Shown: positions 1 through 12,940, counted from the stretch's first letter. The stretch is 64,000 bases of DNA from Hydrolagus colliei (GCA_035084275.1 CM068748.1:10850001-10914000), one strand, 5' to 3'. Notes: generated by a model not told the origin, from the sequence alone. Made by a program: numbers and translations.

Positions 1-1799
1 TGGTTCAAGGTATGTGTGCCAATATAGCTGCTGAGAAATTATGGACACTATTATTTTGAAGATCCTGATGTATTATTTTATGTAAAGCAAAAGCGATTGA
101 GTTGCTATCTATCAGTCCATTAGTAAGTGTGAGGAAATGTATGAATTTGAAGAGGGTCCTGCCTTTTGTGTGTTTTTGTGAAGGAAGGCTACTTTTGATT
201 AAACAGTGTTCCTGTTCATTGGTTTAGTATCTATTTCAGATCTCTCCATTCCCCCACTCATTTCTTCCACTGACTATAAACTCTCTCCATGCCAAGGCAC
301 AAAAAAATCCCAGCTACATCCCACCTTTAGCAAAACATAAGTAGTTATTTTCTTAAAATGAATAAAATCTCAGGGCCAAATAAAATCCTGAATTGAAACC
401 CATCACAAGGTACTAGACAGCCATTGACTCACTAATGTTGATCTATTGTAGTAAAATAAATGTATCTTTGGGGTTAGTGGGAGAATTTGTTTGATTTTGT
501 CTAAGTGAGGAATATCAGTACTGTGGGGAAGTGAAGTAATTTTCCACATTTTGAACCTAGCGATGACATCAACTCTGCCAGAGCAGAGAATAAAATTTTG
601 CTCCTGTAACGTGTCATGTCCCCATTCATATTTATGTTCAAATATTTTCACATTTCCCTAGGTTTCAAATTTTGATAAGGCTGTAACTTATCCTTTCACT
701 GAAGGAAAAGTTCAAATGACTGTAAAAACAAATCTCTTGCTAAAAGCACATAAAACCAGTCATCATGGAATCTATTTTAGGTGAATTCCGAGATGTAAAA
801 ACGGAATGAAATCAACATCATTTAAAATAGGCAATTAACATGTCATTGATGAGCAGATTCCTTCCCCGGAAGAGTTGCTTCCAAAAGAAACATTCAAATT
901 GCTCCCTGTTGGTTACAGGAGTGAGATTGTGTGGCGGCAAATGCTGATTGTACTTGAGTGTGATTTTTTTGGGTGTGTTTGTTTGTTTCATTCTCCATTA
1001 TTTGTTTTCCAAAGTTTGTCAATTTTTTAGTTGAGATGTGATACGTGACCTGATGATGTAACTGGGCCACCCTTGATGTCATTGCATATTGCTGCCTTTT
1101 CCAATTTGATAAGAGTGCTTTATTGGCTGATCATAGCCCTGCCAGTGCTGATGATTCATCCCTTAATGGTTCAGTCTAATAGCCAAGAAGAGAAAAAATA
1201 TATTGGAGCATGGCCAAGAGATAAAATTAACAGCCGCCACAGAAAGGCAATAAATGAGAAAGAGATGGAAGCTGATGGAAGCCAGAACTGCAGCGTCAGG
1301 GCCATAAAGCAAAGTAGAATTGTGAAGTATCAGGGCTGGACTTCCTTAGTAGAACTCGGAATCAGCAGTCAGAGATACTGGAGAATTCATCTGATGGTGA
1401 AAGATTAGGAAAACTAAACCCAACAGGGCCAGCAGAGAATACAGAAACTGGGTAAGAGGAGAGGACAATGCCGGTTGGAGTACAAGGATATGAGGATGTC
1501 AAATGCAAGGATTATTGTCAATGATATATTAGTGATTGATGCAATATATCATTATTCAATTCTAATAATAAACTTGCATTTGATTTGGGGCCTATTTACA
1601 TTGTCGAGACAGGTCAATTAGAGACCTCGGGGCCAAATTTCCCCTTAAAAAACATGATATTTTTCAGAATTAATGAATGAAATGCTAATACGTTTGCTCT
1701 TGTTGAGAGTGGGCAGTCCATCAGCATGCAAAACAACGGGCGGGGGGGCGGGTGTGTGATGGTATGTGATGAACAGTGTATGAAACCTAGGTTGGAAGA

Positions 1800-1906
1800 A
1801 ATTATGCAGGGTTATGGAGAGAGAGCCGGGGAGTGGGATTGACTTTCAATAGCTCTTTTCAAAGAGCTGGCACAGACACGATGGACCAAATGGCCTCCTT
1901 TTGTGG
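1800..1906 (+). mobile_element. CR1 LINE 3' UTR fragment
   Basis: gggttatggagagagagccggggagtggga...gctcttttcaaagagctggcacagacacgatggaccaaatggcctcct resembles fish/shark CR1 3' ends; related copies at 5560 and 33780. Confidence 0.75.
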
Positions 1907-2334
1907 AGTAAAATTATATGAAATTGCTGTATTTAACATGCACCAAGGTGAAGCATTAATACCTACAGTACTTGCTGCTATTCATAAGACTCCATTGCTT
2001 CCTCTAGACCTTTCCATTCACCCTATACCTTCTGATTAATATTTAGTGAGCAGAGAAATTTAAGGTCCCCTGAATTATTTAAACATGGTGAATCAATTTG
2101 TCATTTTTAAATTAACCCTAATATTGCCCACAGCTCAAATGAATTTTGTTTCTTGAGGTGGCTGCTTGAATAATTCAGCACAGACAACAATAGAACAAAC
2201 CCTTAATATTGCTGTAATGGTGCAATTCCAATGTCAGTTGTCGATATGTTACACAATGCAATAAAATGTAGGCTTCTAAAAGTTTTAAATAAAACCAATT
2301 TTAATTTAGAACAACGTCTTTATCTAGAACAATA

Positions 2335-2457
2335 CAGCACACCCCCGGCACAGCATTGGAATGTCAACCTAGACTGTATGAAAGTCCTGACATGGTACTC
2401 AACTTCCCACAACTTTCTGTCTCAGAAGTGAGACGGCTACCAGATGAGCCAGGCTTT
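2335..2457 (-). mobile_element. Old Deu-type SINE, tRNA-derived 5' head fragment
   Basis: Reverse complement reads ctggctcatctggtagc...ctgagacagaaagttgtggg...tctaggttgacattccaatgc, alignable to the head of the 4090-4535 copy. Confidence 0.65.
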
Positions 2458-3711
2458 GTCTTTTTTGACGATGCACATAGTTGTGCAATTCCACTCTTGT
2501 TGTTTGAACCATCACACACCATGTCAATCTGAAAGGCATACCAGAGAGGTACATACTTTGTAAAGAAGTTGTATATGTTTGAAATAGGAGGTGTGCATTG
2601 ATACAACTGCTGTGTCTACCCATGACAATAAACGAGCCAATAATTGTCCTAAATTCAAGATCACTTGACTGCTATGAGAACATGCAACATTCTCGTTCTA
2701 AGCCATATGTGGACAGGAATTAACATTAGGACCAATAGAAGTCGTCTGATGCTAGATATGAGTGAAATTGTCAGATTTTACCTGGTATTCACTACCATCA
2801 AAGTGATCCATAATGTGAATCATTACCCTCTGATTGAGCAATGTGCTAGCAATCTACTCACCACATCTTGTTTATGAGCTGAAAGCAGCAATGATTTCTG
2901 CACCATTATGTACTCTGTCTGCCCTGTCTGCCTTGAAGAAAATCACTTGCTAATGATACTGCAGGGTTTGCGTTCTATAGCTGTAGAACTATTGTTGAAT
3001 GAAGGCAGCAGCAGTCTTCAGCAGCCCTTATCTGCCCTGACTGTGAAGGGTGCGAGATGGCCACTTATCAGAGTAGTTAGTGAAAGGTAAATGGGAAAAA
3101 CTCTGAGACGAGATCATCATAAGGTAGCAGGAGGCATGTTTTGGTAGAGTAAGCGTGCATTTTTTGGCAGGTTCCATGTTGTGAGAAAAAGAGCGAATTT
3201 GATTCCACTTGCAAACCATTTTTAAAGTGTAAATTTCAGAAATAACAGTAACAGTATTATATTGAGTTTTGATAGCCCTGAATGGCAACCCATCCATTGA
3301 AGGGGGAATACTTCAGCCACACTTCATCTTGTATAGGTACAAGAAATATTAAGATAGGGAGCTGGTTTGAGAACAATTCTTGCACATCTCCAATGATCTT
3401 AAGTAGCCCTCTGCTGCTATAGAGAATAGGCATTCAAGGGGGCTGCCACTGCACATTCTACAGTCGCACTCATCCTCACATAACCTAGGATTTACAAAAT
3501 CATAGTTTGCTTAAACTCAGAGCAGATTCAAAAATCTGATATCAAGAGAGTATGATATTGTTTTTAACTGAGATTGGGAATCCCTAGATGCTGAGTTCTG
3601 GGATAGCAGGTTCTGACTTTCATTAGTATTGCTAATTTTCACTGCGGTCATAAACTCCATGACCTGTCAATGCAATATTTCAACCAGCTTTGGCCATCTA
3701 CAATGATACAG

Positions 3712-4000
3712 CCTGGTTCAATTAGTTACACTCTTGCCACTGAATCAGAAGGTTGTGGGTTCTAGCTGGGCATCAAGCCCTTTGAACTTACAGTTTAGGC
3801 TGAAACAACAATACAGAAGTCCTATCTAGTTATTCAGGGGACATTAAAATATCCCATGGTCAGTTACCTCGCAGCTGTTGTGTTACAAAACAACAAGCTG
3901 CCATGCACAAAAAGGCTATCACTATTCTCTACAGTAAAATCCTGTGAAGCACTTTGAGACAATCTCTGGATGTGAAAGTTTTCTGTCAAAGGCAAATTTG
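3712..4000 (+). mobile_element. Old Deu-type SINE, degraded
   Basis: gccactgaatcagaaggttgtgggttc head, taggctga, atcccatgg core and tgtgaagcactttgagac...gtgaaag tail. Confidence 0.7.
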
Positions 4001-4089
4001 TAAACAGCTTTAAAATATTTATCTTGCTTATTTCAAAGCACTGTGTATAACCTCAACCTTTAGCCTGCAGCTCCATAATTATAAATTAT

Positions 4090-4535
4090 ATAATAATAAT
4101 CATCCTTTTATTTGATACATATAGCGCCTTATCACATCGGAAGGATGACTTGAGCTGCTTCACATAATTTTCGGTGAAAGGGACTGATTGTGTATTTGTA
4201 CGCTAACATGACAGCACATTTGCACTGTCCCACAAACAGCAATGAAACAAATTGCCAAATTCTGGAGGAATTATTTGGGGGATCATTTTCTAGGAGAAAC
4301 TCCCTCCCTTTTTTTGAATAGTACTATACTATGGTAATTTTAATGTCCACCTGAATAGGCAGACAGGAATTTATTTTAATATCTCACCTGAAAGATTCAC
4401 GCCAACAATGCAACACACTCCTGGCACTGAATTGGGGTGTTAGCTTAGACTATATAAGCTCAAGTCCCAAAGTGGGACCTCAACCTACAACATTGTCACT
4501 CGGAGGCAAAGTTGCTACCACTGAGCCAAGCTGAC
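4090..4535 (-). mobile_element. Near full-length old Deu-type (SacSINE1-like) SINE
   Basis: Reverse complement: cagcttggctcagtggtagc (A box) ... ttcaggtgagatattaaa...ctgcctattcaggtggacattaaa ... cattgctgtttgtgggac...gtgcaaat ... gataaggcgctatat...(att)n tail. Confidence 0.8.
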
Positions 4536-5126
4536 AATTATTAATCAGTATGAAGAGATACCTTCCTGAAGTGGGCAAGCTGTGATCATTGAATACACTT
4601 TAAACAGATCCATTTGATAAGGCACAACATATTGGATCTGTTGCACAGTGAAACAAAGTGATGCAAGCTAGGCTTCCTGCCCACAATTCCCCACAGAACA
4701 AACTCCAAAGCTTTGCAGTTGCCAATGGGGGAGGCACCAAGCTTGGAGCTGGCAATCTCCCACAGGGAGGAAGTAAAATTGGAAGGGGAGTTGCCTTGAG
4801 ATCCAATGTGTGTTTCGGCAGATGGAGAACATTATCAGCAGATACCTGGCAGCAGGTTGTCTTTCTACCCTACACCCGAGGCATGATGCATGATTTGAGT
4901 TGATTTCAAGAGAAAGGAAAGAGGAATTACAAGATAACACTGATCATTGTACCTGGATACATTCTGTAAAAATGAATCATTGAGTCGTTTCAAAGCAGTT
5001 ATCCTTTTATAATAACATCAATAGCTCTTGCTTCACTCATGTGGTTTGACATTATCTCAGGCCATCATGTTATAGTTGCCTTGTGGCCGTCTGTTTCTAC
5101 TGACTGACCTCTTTGTGTTTCTGCAG

Positions 5127-5180
5127 GCGGTGGAGACAAACCTGGCCTCCAAGGACAGTCACTGGGTCTTTGTAAATGAG
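5127..5180 (+). CDS. GRID1: GRID1 exon 5 (ATD): AVETNLASKDSHWVFVNE
   Basis: Acceptor tttctgcag, donor GAG/gtaagt; 54 nt; phase 0/0; matches recalled GluD1 peptide. Confidence 0.96.
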
Positions 5181-5559
5181 GTAAGTGTGTGCCCTCTGTT
5201 ACAAATACATCCAGCACGGCCCATCCAGGTTAAATGGTCATCATCTCACTCACTGCTGAGCTTAACAATTTCAGTTGTGTTGCTCTGCCCAATTACAAAG
5301 GATATGCTAGGTGCTTGTCCACACAGAGAAAGAGGAAATCTAAGCAGTTCTTCCAGGATTTGTCTTATGGAAACCTGCCTGCTTTAAAAACTTCACTTCA
5401 ACTGCATGTACAGGACCAAAGCTTTCAAAGTGTATAAAAGTTATGTTGTCAAATATATGCAAAATATGGTCTTTGCAGATGTGATGACTTAATTTCACCT
5501 AGGATCAGATTTGTGTGCATTTATCTATTTCTAATGTTAAAATGTGCAAAATATTTTTT

Positions 5560-5630
5560 TAAAGAGCCGGAACAGACTTGATGGGCTGAATGACCTTCTT
5601 CTGTATATTGCTGCATTATTCTATGATTCC
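5560..5630 (+). mobile_element. CR1 LINE extreme 3' end
   Basis: aaagagccggaacagacttgatgggctgaatgaccttcttctgt...attctatgattc (CR1-type ATTCTRTG terminus). Confidence 0.75.
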
Positions 5631-5992
5631 ACAATATTACTTCTACACAACCAGGCCCTTAAATATAGTCCCTTAATCATTTCAATACCTAGGTTTTATT
5701 TTAATATTCAAAATGTTTTACCACTTCGCTCCATATTTGGTGCAAAGCACTCCAGGTCACAATCCAATATTGAGTATAGATAATTTTAAGATTCAATGAT
5801 AATTTTAGAGACCTTGAGGGTAAAAATATCATTATCTCTTGTTCAGTAAATTTACAGACCTTGGTATGATTTTATAATGGGATTTCCAGATATGAACACA
5901 TGTACAGAAAGCTAACCTACACTAATGAGTCAGGCTATGTCAAACTCCATGCAAAATGCTCACTCTGACTGACTCATTAATTCCTCCAATGT

Positions 5993-6052
5993 AACAACAA
6001 CAACAACAACAAAATTATACTTCTAGAGCACCTTTCGTGTTGGGAGGACATA
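5993..6052 (-). mobile_element. L2 LINE 3' tail fragment with (CAA)n
   Basis: (aac)n aaaattatacttctagagcacctttcgtgttgggaggac matches the tail of the longer L2 copies. Confidence 0.75.
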
Positions 6053-7669
6053 CAGCTAACAGCTCCATGAGAAATCACAACACCCAGGAAGTTATAACAA
6101 GAATATTTTGAGGAATCAATGACTAATCATAATAAGGAGCTTCTTAGTTCTATTTTTTTCTTTTCATGTTTAGCTGTGCTCCAGATATATTTTATTAGGG
6201 GAGACAGTACCTTCACTTTTTGGAGTGTAAACATGTGTATAATTTGTACATATTTTAATCCAATCGGAGTGATATTTTTCCACAAACAAGTGTCCGGAAT
6301 TTCACGGATTAGTTAACGTATTACAATACAGAGAGAAGACTTGTGCTTTTGGTCTCAGTGATGAGAATTTTGTATTTTGTGGTGAATTTGCAAATGATCT
6401 ATTTTTAAATTAATGAATGGTAAATACGGCATTTCTACTATCAATTCAATCACCCCGTATTAATTGTGGTATAATTATCTGATAGTTATTATGAATGTGT
6501 GTGTGGCGGTGGGGGCGTGGGCATAGGCGTAGGGAAGGAGAGTGGTGTAATGACCCAATTAAAATGAAGAGGCAGCCAGATTTTTCTTTAATCAACTCAC
6601 TATTCTCTAATCTGCCAATGAACACAATGGAAATTCATTATGCTCTTAGGAGATCCATCAAATCTATATTGATTCCCTATACTCTTATATTGTATCTAAT
6701 TTTCTTAATACTTTTATGTGGTGATTGATGTTTCATGTTATCTTTCAGAAATGTTACACCCAGCAACTGTTACTTCTAACCAACTTTAATAAAATACATT
6801 TTGCAATGAGATTCTATCACACAGCTTTTATGTAGGGAAATTCTATGCTTTGTGAACAAAACAACATTCAGATAGTAATTCAGATTTTGAGGATGCACTT
6901 GATAATATACATTAAATAGAATAATGTGAAGTTTGTATTATCACTGCGAAGGATTAGATGATCTCAAGATATACTTTTTTTTGTGCTTTTAGTCTTCCAT
7001 CCCCTGCCCATCATTCTCTACAGCTCCTATCCCCAGCTTGCATGCTCAGCTAGCTATATCAAGTGTTTTGAGATGTCCTCTCATTGTGAAAGGCTCTATA
7101 TAAATATAAATTGTAATCAATACATTTCAGCAGATCCACTCATCTACTTCGGAACTTGCAAAGCCCTCCATTTTATCTGAGATTTAAAAGTTGTTATGGC
7201 AAATGCTTGTTTTATTGTATTGCATTGGTCCAAACATCAGTCACTTTTTCATAGTTGAATATGAAACTAGAACTCGCATTCATTTTAATTTCCACAGCAG
7301 CTTCTTTAGTTAGTATAAAGTGGTTGAACTACGAAAACTAAATGATCAGGACTGAATCCCCAAACCACAATTTTGTCAAACTAATGTTACAAAAAAAATG
7401 CCTACTTACCTTACACCCTACCAAAATTATTTCGTTATCACACACACACACCTTTTGTATAAATTTCCCATTTGTAACATCATTCTAGATATATAATTTA
7501 CCTCAATATAAATCAATTTTCTATCTGATACCTGTTTTGCTGAATTGAGTTTGAACAGCTTCATTCTAATGGTAATGAGCATGTATTCTTAGCAATGCAT
7601 GTTCATATTTCACAATTAATTGACATTAAATGGCAATCTTATTTAGAAACATTACAAAGATGACGGGTA

Positions 7670-7935
7670 TGGGAAAAGGCTAATGAGATGCTGGACTTTA
7701 TCACATGAAGTGAAGAATATAAAGAAAGAAAATACAACTGCAGTTAAACAAAGCATGCCAAAACGGACCTCATTTACTATTTGCGTGCAATGTTTTGGGA
7801 GCCATTAATTGGGAATTGCGTACTGCCATGGAGATCTGAGATGAATGGACTAATATTTTATGAGAGGCTGGTTAATCCTGTTATATTGTGTTGAGCTGAG
7901 GGAGTTGAGAAGTGATCTCAATCAGGTGTTTAAAA
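7670..7935 (+). mobile_element. Old CR1 ORF2 C-terminal fragment, heavily degraded
   Basis: aaaggctaatgagatgctgg...ggacctcatttactatt...tatgagaggctgg...ttgagaagtgatctcaatcaggtgtttaaaa resembles CR1 KANxMLG/RPHLEY/YEERL/LRGDLI motifs. Confidence 0.6.
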
Positions 7936-8149
7936 GATCCAAACAACAACTCGGCATGTTTTTTGGGAGTAATATCCTATCATTGATGAGCACTTAAAAA
8001 ATTGTTTAATTATGCCCCAAAATTAGAGGTCTGCAACAAGGTTGTGAAAGAGGAAATCACGCACCCTTGTGCAATGATAAATCTATACCAATATATTTTG
8101 CAAGAGAGCAAAGCTATGACTTACAAGCTCATCACACATGTATGTATAC

Positions 8150-8230
8150 CAACAAGGAGATCTCCCAACAGGAGTTCTCCCACTGAGTCCTCCCAACAGA
8201 AGTTCTCCCAACAGCAATCCTCCCAGCTGA
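8150..8230. repeat. Degenerate ~14-15 bp tandem repeat (CTCCCAACAGRAGTT) x5
   Basis: tctcccaacaggagt / tctcccactgagt / cctcccaacagaagt / tctcccaacagcaat / cctcccagctg. Confidence 0.8.
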
Positions 8231-8336
8231 AAATAGATAAAGACAAAATGTCTACCTGTGTGTCAATCTACATTCCATTTTGGATCCTTCAGTTGCAAGC
8301 AACAGCAAATAAGTGCATCAAGCAAACCTTTAAGAA

Positions 8337-8377
8337 TGCAGTTGTGGGAATGTGGATTCCACATTCCCACAACTGCA
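8337..8377. repeat. Perfect 20-bp inverted repeat with 1-nt spacer
   Basis: TGCAGTTGTGGGAATGTGGA-t-TCCACATTCCCACAACTGCA. Confidence 0.95.
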
Positions 8378-8456
8378 ATTTTACAGGAAAAACAATTTTA
8401 CAATTTTACAGGAAAAACTGCCAACAATTTCATAGGAGATATTTCATGAATTACTG

Positions 8457-8650
8457 AATAATAATCCTTGCATTTGATATAGCTCTTTTCATGTCTACTA
8501 GACGTCATAAAGTGCTTCAAAGAGTATACCGTAAAATGAATTGACTGGATATATGTGGGCAAAATGTGGCAGTCAATTGCACACAGCAGTGCCTACAAAC
8601 AGTCGTGGATTGAAATGACCAATTTATTATTGTTATTTTGAGGGATTATT
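8457..8650 (-). mobile_element. tRNA/Deu-type SINE, 3' half
   Basis: aataataatccttgcatttgatatagc...tgtggcagtcaattgcacacagcagtg, reverse complement of the young SINE 3' body. Confidence 0.8.
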
Positions 8651-10353
8651 ATCAGGTATGTAATGATAATAATGCTTATGTTTGATGAATTATAACCTTT
8701 CATATCGGAAGGACGCCTCAACCTACTTCATAGAATTTACTGTAAAGTTTATTGATTGTGTATTTTGCAGGTGAACCAGACAACAATATTCCATTATTGA
8801 TGGAGCTGTACAGAGTGGAGATAGTTTGGTATTTTGGATTTAATGGGGTCTGGAAATTTGGAGGAATGGTAAAAATGGGATTAAAAAGATGGCACTTCCA
8901 TCGGTTTTATTACATGAAAGAAATGCATTTCTCCCAGTTTGGGCCTGTAAACCTAAAAGCCCATATGCTTTCTGGTTTTGAGCATAAGGGCTATTTTAGA
9001 ATTATTACCTAATAAATATCTTGAGACTGGTTTGTAAATAATTAATTGGAAGGAAAATAACATGTTTATCAATTATTATAGGTAACTTGATAAGTGTAAA
9101 TTTTGCCACTGAAGCAGTACAAATCTGGATCAAAACTCATACAAAAGGACTAGCGCCTTTGTATGTCCTCCTGATGTGAAAGGTGCTTTAGAAATGTAAT
9201 TTTGTTGTTATTGACAATGTTTCAATGAAGTGTACCTCCATGCATCGTCATTGAATTTAGAAAGAGAGAAGATTGACTCTCTGCTTTCAACATTCACACC
9301 ACAATGTTAAACTATGGGCTAGCATTGTTAGCCCAGATTGTTGCTCTACAGCCTGCAGAAATGTGTTTGGCTTTTAGAAGAGAATCAGCAAAGTTTATAC
9401 GTTCTGCAATATGCATTGGATCACAGCGGGAAGATGGCCATTTATCAACTGTAGAAAGATCGATCAAGAATAAATACTGACCAAAGCAAGGAGAATCAAC
9501 ATAGAGATATATTGCCTTCAGTATGATGTTGAGGGTGTTGTGGAACCTGGTAAGTAATAATAATTTATATTTTGTTTGCAAATATAAAACATTTATACAT
9601 TCGCTTTCTAAAGTTTATGATTACCACTGTTCTATGCAAGCCAACAATACTTGATAAAGGCTTAAATCAACATGTGTGGTGCTCCCTTGTATTTTGTATT
9701 CCAAGTAAGTAATTCAAGTTGCTTCCAGCTTTCAATCTTACTGTAAAAAAACAGAGATCTTTCAAGAGTTCAGAATGTAAGCTGTCTTTTATATCTTCAC
9801 AGATTAATCTACCTTTTGAGTTGTCACAATTTCGGGAGACGATGAAGACACTACTGTTCTAGATGTCAATGTCCCTGACCAGGAGGAAGACTCACACTAA
9901 ACTCCTTTCGGATGTTGACATATGACTCTGCTGCTGACTAATCTCCTGTGTGTGGATCCTGCACAGGAAATTCTCTGTCTTTTACATTTCAATTCTGAGG
10001 GTTGCTTTTAAAATAATGTGGGACCCATTGGCCTGAATGGATAGATACGATTCCTCTTCCACTCCCAGGAAGGGCACTTTGGTGCAGGAGATTCATCTAA
10101 AGCTACAAGAGGTGGTGCACAGCTTACATGTCACCATGTGATCTGGGAACCTCCAGGTAGACAGTTAGGTGCCACAATTGCATACCATTACATACTCAAG
10201 CAAAACCCAGTTGACTGGGTAACATTAGTTACAAATCATAAGAGGGAGAACTCCCTTGATTCTATGGAATACCAGTCTGTGAGGGTGTGCTTGTTCAGGC
10301 ATCTTTGTATCAAGAAGATATAGAGTAAAATTAGTGCATAATTGCATTTAATT

Positions 10354-10589
10354 GGAGTCCTGTAGCTCAGTGGTTAGAGCCTGATAATAATCCTTCAAAA
10401 AATAAAATAAATAATAAATTGGTCATTTCAATCCACAACTGTTTGTCGAACACTGCTGTGCACAATTGGTTGCCACATTTTGTTCACAAATACAGTCAAT
10501 TCACTTTGCAGTATATTCTGTGAAGCACTTTGAGACATCTAGAAGACGCGAAAAGCATCTTGGATTAAATGCAAGGATTATTGTTATTA
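10354..10589 (+). mobile_element. Younger tRNA-headed SINE with an internal deletion
   Basis: ggagtcctgtagctcagtggttagagc head, Deu-like ctgtgcacaattggttgcc body, gcaaggattattgttatt tail. Confidence 0.85.
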
Positions 10590-10857
10590 CAGTAAAACTC
10601 ACATGTCTTACCTTTATAAATTGTATCATCACCTAAGTTGTATAATCACCTGAGTCCCATTCAGTTGTCTACCAAAAAACACTAACATTTTGTTGCACTG
10701 CTCATACTACTCACTTCCTAACCCATAACACCACTATCCTGCCCTCTGTTATTCCCCCAAATTTTTACCAATTATACAATTTGCCTCAACTCAGAGTTCA
10801 CATAAGTTATACTAAATGTTATGGTCCCAATTGATACAAATTATGTGAGTTTTACTG
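10590..10857. mobile_element. Tigger/pogo-like MITE (268 bp), TA TSD
   Basis: TA|CAGTAAAACTCACAT ... ATGTGAGTTTTACTG|TA; perfect 15-bp TIR; no ORF. Confidence 0.85.
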
Positions 10858-11039
10858 TAATATGTAAAGTGTAATCAACATGTTCTGATATTGTGGGGCT
10901 TTCAGACTTTTTGTACTAAAGCAAGGAAATAAAATGATCTAATTTCAAAACTACAGAGAGCAATTCCTGTTCTATGTGCCTCTATAACATTTAAGAACAT
11001 TGTATTAAATTAAGTCAAATGCATACAGTAAATTCTAAT

Positions 11040-11310
11040 CATTACATTTAATGTAGTCTGTTTCACTTTTGGAGGGCATCCCAAAGCATTTCAGATTATA
11101 CTGTAAGTAACTATGTACTGTGTTTATGTTCCACAAACAGCTATGAAACAAATGATTAATCTTTTGGGGGGGAGATTATTGGCTAATCTTTTTCAACAGC
11201 ACAGTGGGATTGTTAAAAGTGATCTGAACAGGCAGATAGAACCTTAATTTTAACGTCTCACCTGAAATATGCAACTCCAACAATGCAGTATACCATCAGC
11301 CATGCATCTA
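11040..11310 (-). mobile_element. Old Deu-type SINE, degraded
   Basis: ccacaaacagc...ctgaacaggcagatagaacc...ttaacgtctcacctgaaa...caacaatgcag matches the 4090-4535 copy. Confidence 0.7.
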
Positions 11311-11924
11311 CAATAGTTGATTTATGTAAATATTTTTAAAATAGCTTCTTTGTCCAGCATGTTTTCCGTTTGCTTCCATATGCATGAGGATGATTCATCT
11401 GGTTCAAAATAAATTGATCAATTTTTAATAAATTGTTGCTGACATGTCATATGTCCCTGTGCCCCGAGTACTACGTTCAGATATATATTCACACAGGCTG
11501 ATGTATTTGTGCCATGTAAGTTTGACATTGATCATTATGTAAATATGCTGCAGATGCCAGCGAATGCTGTTGCCACTTATTTACTGTATTTTGTTTAATG
11601 AAGCATCATCATGCATCAATGATATATAAATGCTTATTGTACATTGGAAGTTCTGAATATTGCACCAAATATGTTTTTCATAATCTTCTGTCTGTCAGTG
11701 GTGTACCCTGACACTACTTGAGTACCAGTGTAAATGTTCAATGTTATTGGTTTACCACATTGTTTAGCTTGACTGAACGTGTGGGTTAATGATTGGCTAT
11801 TAGGTTGGTGGTAGCCCACTTGCAGTGTTACCGCTGAGTTAATTTCACAGTGGAAAATATGTTTTGATGTTAACAATGTTTCAATCAACCAAGTCTGTTA
11901 TTTTCTAATTGCAACAAAGCCGAC

Positions 11925-11972
11925 ACAACAACAAGTTACATTTGCATCGTGCCTTTCACATCGGGGAGGACA
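11925..11972 (-). mobile_element. L2 3' tail fragment
   Basis: acaacaacaagttacatttgcatcgtgcctttcacatcggggaggac. Confidence 0.7.
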
Positions 11973-12871
11973 CAAAATTATTGGTTGGGGAAAGTACGCC
12001 CAAGTTGCTGCAGCTGCTTTCCTGCTTAATTTTTTTTCTATTTCTAATTGATTAAAATTGACTTGGTGATTAAAGTAAATGAATTACTCTAGAGCAAGGA
12101 ATAGATCTGAATCTTCTCATTTTGTTTTTGGTTAGCCGAGAGTCTACCACATGTGGAAACTCATCTCCATGTTTAAGATTATCCCCCCAAAAAACTGAGT
12201 TCCATGTATTCTACCTAAATGTGGGAATTCCTGTGTCTGAACTGGAATGCACACTATCTCCCTGGAAGGATAAACTGTGCTTATCTGACAATGAAGAGTG
12301 TTAGGCACAGGTTAGAAAGGGGCAAGCCTTTAGGACACCAGAGTGTGTGAAGACATGATGACCCGTTAATGCATATTTTAAAATTTTAAGTTCTCCTCTC
12401 TCCCCTTCTCACACACACACACACAAAGATCACGATTGTGATTGTCTGTATGCAGTGATAAATAAATTTGAACGATTTAGCCAGTCACCCTGAAATGATT
12501 TCTAAAAAAGAGAAATTGTGTAAATTGAAGATTGTGACAAACTTTGGGTTTGGGTTATCCGCTGTTGAAATCTGTTACTGCATTAAATACACAGGCTGAG
12601 CTAACAATGTTTTGAGGATTCATTTTCATTCCCTGAAAGGAGGAATGAGAAACTTCTTTCAATGGGACACTGGGTGGTGCAGTGCGTTTGTACATCATCA
12701 TGACGAGCTCGATTCAAATCCAGTTTAGACTAAGCAATTTCAGGACCTCTCTATTTGCCCTTCTGTAGCAGTGGCTTTGATTACAATCCTGCCTTGATAA
12801 ACAGGAGTTATAGTCTTTTGTCTGGGTTCTCTGATTTATTGTACAGCTCCTGTCATTTTGAATCAAGGACT

Positions 12872-12940
12872 ACAACAACAACAACAAAATTACATTTATA
12901 GAGTGCCTTTCACATCGGGAGGACGTCCCAAGGTGCTGGA
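12872..12940 (-). mobile_element. L2 3' tail fragment
   Basis: (aca)n aaattacatttatagagtgcctttcacatcgggaggacgtcccaaggtgctg. Confidence 0.8.

Noticed and set aside
1040-1160. Two CTGATGA motifs suggesting a box C/D snoRNA
   Set aside because: No RTGATGA...CTGA pair with a terminal stem and no recognisable guide sequence.
1737-1753. GGGCGGGGGGGCGGG G4/GC-box motif
   Set aside because: Isolated, next to a CR1 fragment, with no surrounding CpG island or other promoter evidence.
8002-8457. 151-aa ORF with a Q/S-rich segment
   Set aside because: The low complexity comes from the 15-bp tandem repeat and palindrome. Non-ATG start and no recognisable homology.
9840-9995. Possible Penelope-like 3' remnant
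   Set aside because: Only a vague resemblance, with no intact hammerhead core or coding motif.
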